Position numbers and translations under genes: made by a program. DNA of 64,000 nucleotides from the NCBI GenBank assembly GCA_951812775.1, contig OX638326.1, positions 320,335 to 384,334 on the forward strand. The letters are read 5' to 3'. The DNA is from an uncultured Alphaproteobacteria bacterium (GTDB taxonomy: Bacteria; Pseudomonadota; Alphaproteobacteria; MPNO01; UBA2964). Below the pieces are notes generated by a model. That model was not told the origin of the DNA and searched no databases. It was given only the letters and a program-made list of their open reading frames with translations. Positions 1-10,504 of the stretch are shown one piece after another (the stretch's first letter is position 1; each line of letters starts with the position of its first letter).

Positions 1-1637
1 ATGATTCGCGGATACTTTCTTAAGCGCTGCCTGGATTTCACGTTCAGTTCGTGTATCCAAGGCAGAGGTTGCCTCATCAAAGATCAGTATCTTTGGTTGT
101 TTGAGAATTGCCCGCGCAATGGCGACCCTTTGTTTCTCACCGCCCGACAGCTTTAGACCACGTTCCCCGACAATTGTTTGATATCCATCCGGCATCCGGA
201 GAATAAATTCATGAAGCGATGCCATTTTAGCCGCTTCTTGAATTTCCTCCGAAGAAGCATCAGGACGGCCATACCCAATGTTATAAAGAATTGTATCGTT
301 AAACAGGACCGTATCCTGTGGTACAATAGCGATAGAGGCCCTTACACTATCCTGGGTAACAGACCGAATATCCTGACCATCGATTTTTACAGCGCCTTTA
401 TCGACGTCATAAAATCGGAACAGCAGTCGTGACACTGTCGATTTTCCGGCACCGCTGGACCCAACGATCACCAACGATTTCCCAGGGGCGACTGTAAAGC
501 TCACGTTCTGCTGTATTTCCCGCCGCGTATCGTAACCAAAAGAAACATCTTCAAAGGCAACTTCACCTTTGTCGACATTCAGGGGGGAGGAACCAGGTAG
601 ATCGGAAACCTCCTGTTCGACATGCAAAAGATTAAACATCGCCTCCATATCGATAAGCGATTGTTTGATTTCCCGGTATACAAACCCGAGGAAGTTCAGC
701 GGCTGAAATAGCTGCATCAAATAGATATGGACCATCGTAAACACGCCGATCGTCAACTCTCCAGCCACCACACCATTGCCGGCCATCAACATCATAATGA
801 CCAGGCCGCCACCAATTATTCCCGCCTGACCAATGTTCAGGAGAGACAGCGAGCTTTTGCTCAAAACAGCAGCTTTTTCGTAACTGGCGAGCGAGCGATC
901 AAACCGTTGAGCTTCATGCTCTTCATTTCCGAAGTATTTGACTGTCTCGTAATTCAAAAGGCTGTCGATTGCCCTCGTATTCGCCTGGCTATCTGTCTCA
1001 TTCATCTGCCGGCGGAATTTAATCCGCCATTCAGTGACAATGAATGTAAAGGCGATATATCCGGTCACCGTTACGAAAGTTACGAGCGCGTACCAGAAAT
1101 TGAACAATCCCCACAAAACGCCGCACACCATCAAAATTTCCAGCAGGGTGGGGAGGATATTGAACAACATAAAATTCAGAAAGAAATCGATCCCCTTAGT
1201 GCCGCGCTCTATGGAACGCGTGAGACCACCCGTTTGCCGATCAAGATGAAAACGCAAGGCGAGGGCATGCAGGTGTCGGAATGTTTCCAGCCCGACAGTT
1301 CGGATAGCCCGCTGACCAACTTTAGCGAAAACAGCATCCCGTAACTCGGCAAATGCTATGGAGAGCACCCGAACAACGCCATAGCCGACAAGTAATCCGA
1401 CCGGAACGACTATAATGGCTGTTTCTTTGCCGGATAGGGCGTCGACTGCGTCCTTAAACAGGATGGGCGTATAAACATTGGCTACTTTTGCCAACGCGAG
1501 CAAAATCAGCGCAATAACGACTCTGACCTTTGTTTCAAACGCATCGGGCGGCCAAAGATAGCGTGACAATGTCCGCAGAGCGCCCCATTCAAACCCGGCC
1601 TCTTTTTTACGACCGCTCAAAGTCCTGTTGAGATCAG
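1..1637 (-). CDS. ABC transporter ATP-binding/permease protein (ATM1/MsbA-like exporter); C-terminus runs off the window edge, probable TTG start near 1637
   Basis: The reverse-strand translation has Walker A, the LSGGEKQRVAIARAIL signature and Walker B (ILIFDEATSALD) at 1-600. An N-terminal transmembrane domain lies upstream of these. Confidence 0.8.
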
Positions 1638-1757
1638 TCAAAGCTATTTCCTGTTCTTACATGCCGGATTTGACAACGATATAGGCCTATCGTCGTCGCT
1701 GGACCAGCTACATTTTGAGTAGTTGTCGCCATTGCCCTGGATGCTTATGAATTAGTT

Positions 1758-2569
1758 ATGTTCATTCTTTCCAAAATATTTTTAACGCTCACCGACCCCG
1801 GCTTTCTTGTCTTGTTGCTGTTGTTGGTTTCAACGGGTCTTATTTTGCTTCGTCGCGCGGCAGGAAAGTGGCGCCTGACAGCCACTGTATTATTTTGCGC
1901 AGCTATTTCGATACTTCCCGTAGGATCACTAATGGTCGCCGCTCTAGAGGACAGATTCCCGGTCGTTACGTCCGTTAAGGGCCCTGTTGATGGCGTTATC
2001 GTGCTTGGTGGCAGTGTTGATCAATATCTAAGCCAGTATCGCAAACAAGTCGTCTTAAATAACGGTGGCGAACGCATGACCGGTTTCGTTGCCTTGGCGC
2101 GTCAATACCCCAACGCCAAACTCATCTTCACCGGAGGCTCGGGCCGTTTGGAACAGAAATACAAAGAAGCCGATACGGCCCGAGCGTTTTTTTACGTCAT
2201 TAGGACTTCAAGCATCACGTATTTTTTTCGAAGACCAATCGAGAAATACATTCGAAAATGGCGTTTTTTCTCATCGTCTCGTTAAACCACAACCATCAGA
2301 ACGGTGGATATTAATCACCTCCGCGCGCCATATGCCGCGTTCCATTGGCGTATTCAGCTGGCGTATTCAGCAAACTCGGTTGGAAGGTCATACCTTACCC
2401 GGTCGACTACTTTACCTATGGGGTGGGGGACGATGGATTACAGTTCAACCTCGCGAACAGCCTCAAGTCGTTTCATTCAGGCCTGAGAGAATGGATGGGG
2501 CTGGCAGTATACAGAATTCTTGGCAGAACTGATGAATTCTTCCCTGGACCGGAGCAAAAACAAGGGTAG
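1758..2569 (+). pseudogene. DUF218 (YdcF/ElyC-like) family gene disrupted by two frame lesions
   Basis: Three consecutive frames carry the family sequence: 1758-2285, 2089-2532 (EDQSRNTFENG motif) and 2345-2569. Removing one T from the T7 run at 2187-2193 and one copy of the 13-bp tandem duplication tggcgtattcagc (2346-2358 / 2359-2371) restores a single ORF. Confidence 0.7.
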
Positions 2570-2684
2570 CCTCACGACATGTTTGCTCGATTCGTATGGC
2601 TATGGCACAAGGCTAGGCTTTGATTGTTGAAAGGTACGCGTGATGTCCGTCGCATGCGGGTTGCAATTCCCGGCTGGAATCTCG

Positions 2685-3686
2685 ATGCGTTTACTTGTCC
2701 TTGTATTTGCGTCATGCCTTTTCGCGCAAACCTCCTATTCACAAGCCAAACCCGACTTTTCAGCCTGGCTGGAAAATGTTCGCGTCGAAGCAGCTAAGCG
2801 TGGCATCAAGCAATCAATAATCGATAGTGCCCTCAAAAACGTAAAACCCATTAAGCGCGTCCTAAAACGTGACCGCAATCAGTCTGAGTTCAAGCTCACC
2901 CTAAAGCGCTATCTCAACCGCGTCGTTACAAAGACAAACATTAAACGCGGACGGATAATGGCGGATCGTCATAAGGCGACCCTCAAAGCTGTTTCGAAAA
3001 AGTATGGCGTTCCCCCTAGAGTCATTTTAGCAATTTGGGGAATCGAAACGCGGTTTGGCCTTGTAAAGGCCAATGTCCCACTCATCCCTTCAGTTGCCAC
3101 ATTGGCTTATGATCGAAGGCGTTCTAAATATTTTCGCGGACAGCTATTTGCCGTTCTGCAAATGTTAGACCGCGGGTATATCGATCAAAAGAGTCTCTTT
3201 GGTTCATGGGCCGGGGCGATGGGACAGCCGCAATTTATGCCGTCGAGTTACCTTGCCTATGCCCAGGACTTCGATGGCGATGGCAGACGAGACATTTGGA
3301 AGAGCGTCCCGGACGTTCTAGCCTCGATTGCAAACTATCTGGCAAAGCATGGTTGGCGCTCTGATCTGAACTGGGGCAGGGAGGTAGCACTTCCTATTTC
3401 ATTTGCCGAAAGCCTGAAACCATTCAAAAGACGTGCTGCGCGTGGCTGCCGTGCCAGAACCTCCGAACCCAGATCACTTCCGGCATGGCAATCTGCAGGC
3501 ATTCGACATGTCAGTGGACAAGATCTGCCAACACGAAACATTTCCGCCGTACTTGTCCTTCCTGACGGTAAGGAAGGACGTACCTTCCTTACTTACAAAA
3601 ACTACGCCTCAATCATGGCATATAACTGTGCACATCTTTACGCTGTAACCGTTGGCGTTCTGTCAGATCGTATAGGAGGAAAATAG
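2685..3686 (+). CDS. mltB: lytic murein transglycosylase (MltB family), periplasmic
   Basis: Signal peptide MRLLVLVFASCLFAQ. The MltB-type motif PSSYLAYAQDFDGDGRRDIW is present. The ORF track starts it at 2640; the later ATG at 2685 is more likely the start. Confidence 0.7.
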   Translation: MRLLVLVFASCLFAQTSYSQAKPDFSAWLENVRVEAAKRGIKQSIIDSALKNVKPIKRVLKRDRNQSEFKLTLKRYLNRVVTKTNIKRGRIMADRHKATLKAVSKKYGVPPRVILAIWGIETRFGLVKANVPLIPSVATLAYDRRRSKYFRGQLFAVLQMLDRGYIDQKSLFGSWAGAMGQPQFMPSSYLAYAQDFDGDGRRDIWKSVPDVLASIANYLAKHGWRSDLNWGREVALPISFAESLKPFKRRAARGCRARTSEPRSLPAWQSAGIRHVSGQDLPTRNISAVLVLPDGKEGRTFLTYKNYASIMAYNCAHLYAVTVGVLSDRIGGK

Positions 3687-3690
3687 GATC

Positions 3691-4614
3691 GTGCTCATCC
3701 GAAATCTTACGGTCGCTGCAAGCTCGGTACTCCTTCTATTAACAGGGTGCGCCGAAACCCAATTGGCATTACATACTGCAAAGAAATTGACCACGGGTAC
3801 TCCAGCTCAAAGCAAGGGTGCCTACAAAGTCGGGAACCCCTATAAAATCAAAGGTACTTGGTACTACCCGGCCGTGAATTACGGTTATGTCGAACAGGGT
3901 ATCGCTTCCTGGTATGGGCCACAGTTTCACGGGCGAAAGACGGCTAATGGCGAGATATTCGACATGAATGTGGTGTCAGCGGCACACCGAACCCTTCCAA
4001 TGCCAAGTGTCGTCCGCGTGACCAACCTTAAAAACAGTCGATCCCTTAAAATACGCGTAAATGATCGTGGACCTTTCGCGAAAAGTCGGATCATTGATTT
4101 GTCCCGTCGAGCGGCACAATTGCTTGGTTTTGAACGACGCGGCACGGCATTGGTTCGAGTAGAAATTATCGCTGACGAAAGCCGAAGAATGGCGGCTTTG
4201 GCGCAGGGAAAAGCTAAAAGCCTCCCAACACAAAAATCAGCAAATGTAAAAATTGCAAGCTTACCCGGCAGCATCGGAGAAAACCCGGCTGTTACAAATA
4301 CCAAAAGAGCACTGTCATCGCCCACACCGAAACCCGTACAAACCAAACCAGTAGATGTTGTAAAAATCGCGCCGGTTGGTGGAAGCAAAAAGATTTACGT
4401 ACAGGCAGGGGCCTTCGTTTACCGGGATTTAGCGGCGAAAATGCAAAAGCTGCTCAATCCGCTGGGTCCGAGCAGAATTGTTGAAAAGGTAATTGGCAAA
4501 CGGCGGTATTTTCGAGTGCAGGTCGGCCCGGCATCAAGCGTTAGCCAGGGAGATAAACTTCTTAACCTCGTCATCGCCAGCGGATATCCAAAAGCTCGCC
4601 TTGTCGTCGACTAA
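3691..4614 (+). CDS. rlpA: septal ring lytic transglycosylase RlpA family lipoprotein (DPBB domain plus C-terminal SPOR domain)
   Basis: Lipobox LLLTGC. RlpA DPBB motif GIASWYGPQFHGRKTANGEIFDM. SPOR-like C-terminus. RBS ggagga upstream of a GTG start. Confidence 0.8.
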   Translation: MLIRNLTVAASSVLLLLTGCAETQLALHTAKKLTTGTPAQSKGAYKVGNPYKIKGTWYYPAVNYGYVEQGIASWYGPQFHGRKTANGEIFDMNVVSAAHRTLPMPSVVRVTNLKNSRSLKIRVNDRGPFAKSRIIDLSRRAAQLLGFERRGTALVRVEIIADESRRMAALAQGKAKSLPTQKSANVKIASLPGSIGENPAVTNTKRALSSPTPKPVQTKPVDVVKIAPVGGSKKIYVQAGAFVYRDLAAKMQKLLNPLGPSRIVEKVIGKRRYFRVQVGPASSVSQGDKLLNLVIASGYPKARLVVD

Positions 4615-4667
4615 GATAGAAGTCATCCTTTGGTCTTATTTTTGATGTTAAATAGGTTGGAATTAAC

Positions 4668-5831
4668 ATGCTTGATCTGAAAGGTCTTTCCGTGTTTCAA
4701 CCCATAAAACGCTCCACCCTGATTGGCGTTTGTGTTTGTTTAATCTCAAATTCTTTGGCCGCGCAAACGATAGAGACGGCCGCCCGTCACGCAGTTCTCT
4801 ATGACCTGACCACGGACGCTATATTGTTGGATAAGGCGTCTGACGTGCCAATGCCCCCGGCATCCATGAGTAAACTGATGACCGTCTATATGGTCTTCGA
4901 ACGTCTCAAGGCCGAACGGTTAAGTCTGGATGACAAGTTTGTTGTCAGTCGCAAAGCCTGGCGCAAGGGCGGATCAAAGATGTTTGTCATGGTCAACACC
5001 CGTGTCGCCGTCAAAGACCTGCTACGCGGCATTATCATTCAGTCGGGCAATGACGCCTGTATTGTCATCGCCGAAGGAATTTCAGGTTCCGAAGCAGCCT
5101 TTGCAGCTGAAATGACCCGAAAAGCCAAAGAAATCGGGCTCACGAATAGTGCATTTAAAAACGCTACCGGATGGCCAGCGGAAGGCCATCACATGTCGGC
5201 CCGCGATATCGCAACACTATCCAAGAAACTCATTGTTGATTTTCCGGAATATTACAAACTCTTCAGTGAAGTCGATTTCACCTATGGTGGTATCAAACAG
5301 GGAAACCGGAATCCTTTGCTCTATAGAGGGTTTAATGCCGATGGTCTGAAGACTGGTCACACAGAGGCTTCCGGATACGGACTCGCTGCATCAGTGATCC
5401 GGAAAGGACGCAGACTGCTTCTGGTTATCAATGGATTAAACAGTAAAAGGGCGAGAGCATCAGAGTCGGCGCGACTCCTTGACTGGGCATTTCGAGAAAC
5501 TGCCTCCTACGCTCTTTTCAAAAAGGATGAAGTAATTGAACAAGCCGATGTCTGGTTGGGAAACGCTTCGAGTCTTCCACTGGTTGTCGGTAAAAAAATT
5601 ACGCTAACAATGTCCCGCAAAGCCCGGCATGGAATGAAGGTAAAAGTCAGCTATACCAACCCCGTACCGGCGCCAATAAAAAAGGGAACCTCGGTTGGCA
5701 TGGTAACCGTCACGGCGCCGGGAATAGAGCCAATTCAGGTCCCCTTAATCGCGAACGCGGATATCGAACAACTTGGTGCGATGGGGCGGCTAAACGCTGC
5801 CGTAAAATATCTGCTTTTCGGCGGCTCTTGA
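4668..5831 (+). CDS. D-alanyl-D-alanine carboxypeptidase (PBP5/6 family)
   Basis: Signal peptide. SMSK (SxxK) active-site motif, SGN motif and KTG motif. Confidence 0.8.
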   Translation: MLDLKGLSVFQPIKRSTLIGVCVCLISNSLAAQTIETAARHAVLYDLTTDAILLDKASDVPMPPASMSKLMTVYMVFERLKAERLSLDDKFVVSRKAWRKGGSKMFVMVNTRVAVKDLLRGIIIQSGNDACIVIAEGISGSEAAFAAEMTRKAKEIGLTNSAFKNATGWPAEGHHMSARDIATLSKKLIVDFPEYYKLFSEVDFTYGGIKQGNRNPLLYRGFNADGLKTGHTEASGYGLAASVIRKGRRLLLVINGLNSKRARASESARLLDWAFRETASYALFKKDEVIEQADVWLGNASSLPLVVGKKITLTMSRKARHGMKVKVSYTNPVPAPIKKGTSVGMVTVTAPGIEPIQVPLIANADIEQLGAMGRLNAAVKYLLFGGS

Positions 5832-5864
5832 AATGAGCGCAAAATCTCCTGCGATTATTGCCGC

Positions 5865-6524
5865 ATGACCACTGGATTTTTCATTACACTGGAAGGCGGT
5901 GAAGGCGCTGGCAAATCAACACAGATCAAGTTGCTCGAAGAACGCTTATCCGCGCACAATATTGAGGTTGTTCGAACTCGAGAACCCGGTGGCGTCCCTT
6001 CGGCAGAGGACATACGGAACTTATTGGTCAATGGTGAAACCGATAAATGGCTTCCTCTGACAGAGACACTGCTCCATTTCGCTGCCAGGCATGAACACAT
6101 AGCTAGGCTTGTCGAACCTGCTCTTATTGAGGGGAAATGGGTTTTGTGTGACCGGTTTGCTGATTCTACTACTGCCTACCAAGGATATGCGCAGAGTATG
6201 GATATGAAGACCATATCAACTCTATATGAATTGGCCGTTGGAAATCTGAAACCAGACCTGACAATAATTCTTGATCTACCTGTAGAAGTTGGTTTGGAAC
6301 GAGCTGAGGAACGGGATGTCGGTGGTACGCGCTACGAACGCATGGGTATAGAATTTCATCAAACTCTTCGCGATGGTTTTTTGCAGATCGCTGAGGATAA
6401 TCCAGGAAGATGCTCCGTGATTGATGCTACACAATCAATTGATGCGATATCCGTCCAAATTTTTGCTCTCGTTGAGGAACGCTTTTTATCATCAGTAACG
6501 CCATCTAAGGGTCAAACCGTTTGA
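5865..6524 (+). CDS. tmk: thymidylate kinase
   Basis: P-loop FITLEGGEGAGKSTQ. Conserved tmk-holB-metG-tatD neighbourhood. Confidence 0.9.
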   Translation: MTTGFFITLEGGEGAGKSTQIKLLEERLSAHNIEVVRTREPGGVPSAEDIRNLLVNGETDKWLPLTETLLHFAARHEHIARLVEPALIEGKWVLCDRFADSTTAYQGYAQSMDMKTISTLYELAVGNLKPDLTIILDLPVEVGLERAEERDVGGTRYERMGIEFHQTLRDGFLQIAEDNPGRCSVIDATQSIDAISVQIFALVEERFLSSVTPSKGQTV

Positions 6525-7618
6525 CTGATACTGACGACACCAGGCATCCACGACACAATCCCCAACTGATCGGGCATAGCGCTGCAGAACAGAAGTTTCT
6601 TTCGATCTGGAAATCCGAACGAATTCCCCATGGGTGGCTTCTGACCGGTCCCCGGGGCATCGGCAAAGCAACATTGGCCTTTCGCATTGCCCGATTTGTT
6701 TTATCCAATGGGGGCGATCAAGCATCTTCACCAGGATTGTTTGGCGAGCCCGCCGTCCCAAACCTTGAACTTGACGAGGAGAGTCCGGTTTTTCGGCGCA
6801 TTGCATCGGGTGGCCACGCGGACCTTATGACTCTCGAACGAACGATAAATCCAGATACGAATAAAATGCGGTCGAACATCGCCGTTGAAAATGTCCGTTC
6901 TGCAGGCGATTTCCTACGTTTAACAGCATCCGAAGGCGGTTGGCGTGTCGTCATTATCGACAGTGTCGACGAGCTTAACGTCAATGCTGCGAATGCACTG
7001 CTTAAAATTCTGGAGGAACCGCCGAATAACGCTTTATTGCTTCTTGTTTGCCATGCACCTGGCCGTCTTTTGCCAACAATCCGCTCGCGATGTTGCCAGA
7101 TGCCGCTCTTACCATTGCCAGAAACGGATGTTGCGTCGATTTTGCAAAGCGCCAGTCCGGATTTACCCGCCGGTGATCTACAGCCCCTTTGTCAGCTCTC
7201 CGATGGAAGTCCGGGCAGGGCAGTCGCCCTCGCGGAAGAAGGCGGGCTCGAGCTGTACCGCGAGTTGGTTTCGTTACTGGTCAGTCTTCCCAATACCGAA
7301 ACCTCCGCCATCCATAGTTTTGGCGATCGCCTTGCCAGACGGGGTGCCGAAGACAGTTTTCGCCTCGTTACCGAACTCCTCTCCTGGTGGATAAGCCGCC
7401 TTACACGCATGGGCGCCCGGGGATTGGAAATACCCAATATTGTACCAGAAGAGGAGGGGTGCGCAGCCCGTTTGCTAGCTGCAACAGGGGTTGATCACTG
7501 GCTGGAGGTATGGGAGAAGGTCAACACGTTGGCTCGTCAAACGGATGGGTTAAACCTCGATAAAAAACAAGCCCTACTAAACATGTTTCATGCGCTTAAG
7601 GGTGCTGCAACAGGTTGA
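6521..7618 (+). CDS. holB: DNA polymerase III subunit delta-prime
   Basis: AAA+ motif HGWLLTGPRGIGKATLA. Start overlaps the tmk stop. Confidence 0.85.
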   Translation: MTDTDDTRHPRHNPQLIGHSAAEQKFLSIWKSERIPHGWLLTGPRGIGKATLAFRIARFVLSNGGDQASSPGLFGEPAVPNLELDEESPVFRRIASGGHADLMTLERTINPDTNKMRSNIAVENVRSAGDFLRLTASEGGWRVVIIDSVDELNVNAANALLKILEEPPNNALLLLVCHAPGRLLPTIRSRCCQMPLLPLPETDVASILQSASPDLPAGDLQPLCQLSDGSPGRAVALAEEGGLELYRELVSLLVSLPNTETSAIHSFGDRLARRGAEDSFRLVTELLSWWISRLTRMGARGLEIPNIVPEEEGCAARLLAATGVDHWLEVWEKVNTLARQTDGLNLDKKQALLNMFHALKGAATG

Positions 7619-9217
7619 GTGGCAGCTCAATTCTCAGGTGACGGCATGTCGGCCGATAAGCGTTATTACCTCACAACCCCGATATATTACGTCAATGACG
7701 TCCCACATATTGGTCACGCCTATACCACGTTGGCATGTGACGTAATTGCCCGCTTTAAGCGGCTTGACGGGTATGATGTTCATTTCCTGACCGGAACAGA
7801 TGAACATGGCCAAAAGGTTGAGAAATCAGCCGCCGTGGCTGGTATCGCGCCTCAGGAATTCACTGATCGGGTTTCCCAAAATTTCCGTGACCTTGCGGAT
7901 GCAATGAACTACTCGCATGACGATTTTATCAGAACCACTGAACAGCGGCATATCGAGGCCTCCCAGGCAATATGGGCCAAACTTAAAGAGAATGGGCACA
8001 TCTATCTCGGAAGTTATGCTGGTTGGTATGCGGTACGAGATGAAGCCTTCTACGATGAGAGCGAGCTGACGGAAGGTGAGGGCGGAACAAAACTGGCCTC
8101 TTCAGGAGCAGAAGTTGAATGGGTGGAAGAACCCAGCTACTTCTTTGATCTGTCTAAATGGCAAGAACCGCTCCTCAAGTTCTACGAAGATAATCCGGAT
8201 TTTATCGCACCCAAATCGCGTCGAAATGAAGTCATCAGTTTTGTAAAGGGTGGCCTCCACGACTTGTCGATTTCACGAACAAGTTTTAAGTGGGGTGTGC
8301 CTGTCCCTAACGATCCGGATCACATCATGTATGTATGGCTGGATGCGCTAACAAATTACATCACCGCCGTTGGCTACCCGAACACAGATTCTGACGAGTA
8401 CACAAAACGTTGGCCAGTTGATCTTCACATGGTGGGTAAAGATATTCTGCGGTTTCATGCGGTATATTGGCTGGCCTTTCTCATGGGTGCAGGAATTGAT
8501 GTTCCTAAACGCGTGTTTGCCCATGGCTGGTGGACCAATGAAGGTCAAAAAATTTCCAAATCAATTGGCAACATCATCGACCCCAACGAAATAGTAGAGA
8601 CCTATGGGCTCGACCAGGTGCGCTATTTTCTGCTTCGCGAGGTTCCCTTTGGAAATGATGGCGATTTTTCGAACAAAGCCATGATTTCACGCATTAATAG
8701 CGATCTTGCGAATGATCTTGGAAACCTATGCCAACGCGTCCTCTCCATGATCAATAAGAATTGTGATGCGAAGATCCCTGAGTGCCGACCGGCCGATTTA
8801 GGGGCTTATCCCGTAAATGGCACTCTTCAAGACGCACACCGATTGTTAGAAAAAGTCCGCGTTCACATCGATAATCAGGCTTTTCACGAGGCGCTCAAGG
8901 AAATCTGGCGCGTCGTTCGGGATGCCAATCGAACTGTAGACGAGTCCGCTCCCTGGACTTTGCGAGAAACAGACCCTGAAGCCATGGCGAGCGTTCTTTA
9001 CATTCTTGCTGAAATCATTCGCCATTTCGCCATTCTCTTGCAGCCGTTTATGCCGCAATCCTGCGCAAAAATGCTTGATCAGCTCGCTGTACCTGAAAAT
9101 GCACGAGGGTTTTCACAGCTTCAATCTGCAGATGAAGAAGCATTTGATGAAAATGCCTTGAAGGCAGGAACACCTTTGCCTACACCGGAAGGAATCTTTC
9201 CAAGATTCTCCGACTAA
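7619..9217 (+). CDS. metG: methionine--tRNA ligase (short form); ATG at 7646 is an alternative start
   Basis: HIGH-type motif PHIGHAYT and KMSKS-type KISKSIGN motif. Confidence 0.9.
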   Translation: MAAQFSGDGMSADKRYYLTTPIYYVNDVPHIGHAYTTLACDVIARFKRLDGYDVHFLTGTDEHGQKVEKSAAVAGIAPQEFTDRVSQNFRDLADAMNYSHDDFIRTTEQRHIEASQAIWAKLKENGHIYLGSYAGWYAVRDEAFYDESELTEGEGGTKLASSGAEVEWVEEPSYFFDLSKWQEPLLKFYEDNPDFIAPKSRRNEVISFVKGGLHDLSISRTSFKWGVPVPNDPDHIMYVWLDALTNYITAVGYPNTDSDEYTKRWPVDLHMVGKDILRFHAVYWLAFLMGAGIDVPKRVFAHGWWTNEGQKISKSIGNIIDPNEIVETYGLDQVRYFLLREVPFGNDGDFSNKAMISRINSDLANDLGNLCQRVLSMINKNCDAKIPECRPADLGAYPVNGTLQDAHRLLEKVRVHIDNQAFHEALKEIWRVVRDANRTVDESAPWTLRETDPEAMASVLYILAEIIRHFAILLQPFMPQSCAKMLDQLAVPENARGFSQLQSADEEAFDENALKAGTPLPTPEGIFPRFSD

Positions 9218-9359
9218 GGTTTCTCCTGTTCCTGAACAGATAAACAAAAAACCAAAAAACGGCCTTGCGAACTATCGATGGTTCTCGATAACCTTTCCAG
9301 GTTAAGGGCTTCGATGAAAAGCTCTATATCAAAACATACCTGAAACAGGAGGCCAGATA

Positions 9360-10397
9360 ATGCGTGCCAGACCAAAAAGTTTGTTGGCGATTTCGTTGGC
9401 GGTGGGTCTAATCTCAGCACCAACATTCGCTCAAAGCGTTGAAAAACTTTACAAAAACAGAACGATCACGATAGCGATCCCATATGGCCCCGGCGGAACA
9501 TATGATAAGTACGGATCTACATTTGCAAATCACCTCGGCAAACATATTCCGGGAAAACCGAATGTCATTGTCCAACATCGCCCCGGCGCAGGTGGCGCGA
9601 AAGCGATGAATTACACCTATAATGTCGCCGCCAAGGACGGTACTTTTGGAATTGTTCCACTCGACGCAGCAGTCGTTAACCAACTGATCCGTCCTGATAA
9701 GATGAAATATCAAGCCAATAAGTTTCAATGGCTTGGCTCATCCAATCAAACGAATTCAGTGCTTGTCGTCCGCACGGATACTGGAATTAAATCAATCAAC
9801 GATATGAAGCGCATCGAAGCTATCGGTGCCAATAGCGGTAAATTTAATTCGGGCTATATGAATCCGAAACTGGCGATGGGTCTCTTGGGTCTGAAAGGTC
9901 GATTTGTCACCGGCTACAAAGGCTCTTCTCGTTCGATCCTCGCTATTGAACAAGGCGAAGCTCAAATGTCGAGTTTCAATTGGTTAACCTGGGATTCCAA
10001 AGTCCCGCATTGGTTTACCGGGAAGAAACCGTTTGCTCGTGCCATACTGCAAAATGGTACTGAGAAAGACCCGGCTTTACCGAACGTCCCGATGTTAGCC
10101 GATCTTGTAAAAGAACAAGACAAACCGCTTGTTGCTTTTATCGCCTCTATGGGCCCAATCGGTCGAGGAATCACAATGCCACCAGGCGTTCCCAAACACG
10201 TCATCAAAGCATTGCGCAAAGCGTATGATTCCATGAATGCGGATCCCGTTTTTAAAGCCGAACTTAAAAAACGTCGGTTGCGGCTGATTGCAAGTTCAGG
10301 AGAAAAAATTCAGTCGATTGTCAATAATGCCCTCAAGGCCTCATCTCCAGAGGTAATCAAGCGCGTTCGTGAGGTTATATTTGGTAGCGCCAGTTGA
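9360..10397 (+). CDS. tripartite tricarboxylate transporter substrate-binding protein (TctC/Bug family), orphan
   Basis: Signal peptide. Family N-terminal pattern IPYGPGGTYD...HRPGAGG...AAKDGT. RBS caggagg. Confidence 0.65.
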   Translation: MRARPKSLLAISLAVGLISAPTFAQSVEKLYKNRTITIAIPYGPGGTYDKYGSTFANHLGKHIPGKPNVIVQHRPGAGGAKAMNYTYNVAAKDGTFGIVPLDAAVVNQLIRPDKMKYQANKFQWLGSSNQTNSVLVVRTDTGIKSINDMKRIEAIGANSGKFNSGYMNPKLAMGLLGLKGRFVTGYKGSSRSILAIEQGEAQMSSFNWLTWDSKVPHWFTGKKPFARAILQNGTEKDPALPNVPMLADLVKEQDKPLVAFIASMGPIGRGITMPPGVPKHVIKALRKAYDSMNADPVFKAELKKRRLRLIASSGEKIQSIVNNALKASSPEVIKRVREVIFGSAS

Positions 10398-10420
10398 ACA
10401 TTCAACAGACTAAGAAAAAA

Positions 10421-10452
10421 GGGTCGCAATAGTTTTGCGGCCCTTTTTTAAT
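10421..10452 (+). terminator. rho-independent terminator after the tctC-like gene
   Basis: Stem GGGTCGCAA / TTGCGGCCC with one G-U pair, followed by a T6 run. Confidence 0.6.
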
Positions 10453-10476
10453 TATATAACAGTTCAATGCGCACCA

Positions 10477-10496
10477 CCTCAGCCCAACTCGACCCC
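10477..10496 (-). repeat. partial Tn3-family terminal inverted repeat (outer 20 bp, GGGGTCGAGTTGGGCTGAGG on the minus strand)
   Basis: Identical to the outer 20 bp of the IR at 18033-18071. The match continues imperfectly through 5 flanking bp (tgcat vs ttcat). Confidence 0.6.
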
Positions 10497-10504
10497 TGCA
10501 TCGG

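Noticed and set aside
727-1344. 205-aa plus-strand ORF at the window start
   Set aside because: Antisense to the ABC transporter, whose Walker/LSGGQ motifs fix the true frame on the minus strand.
6945-7394. 149-aa plus-strand ORF overlapping holB out of frame, and similar overlapping ORFs in pdhC (40713-41252) and metG (8370-8594)
   Set aside because: They are embedded in well-supported genes and have no motifs. Typical alternative-frame noise.
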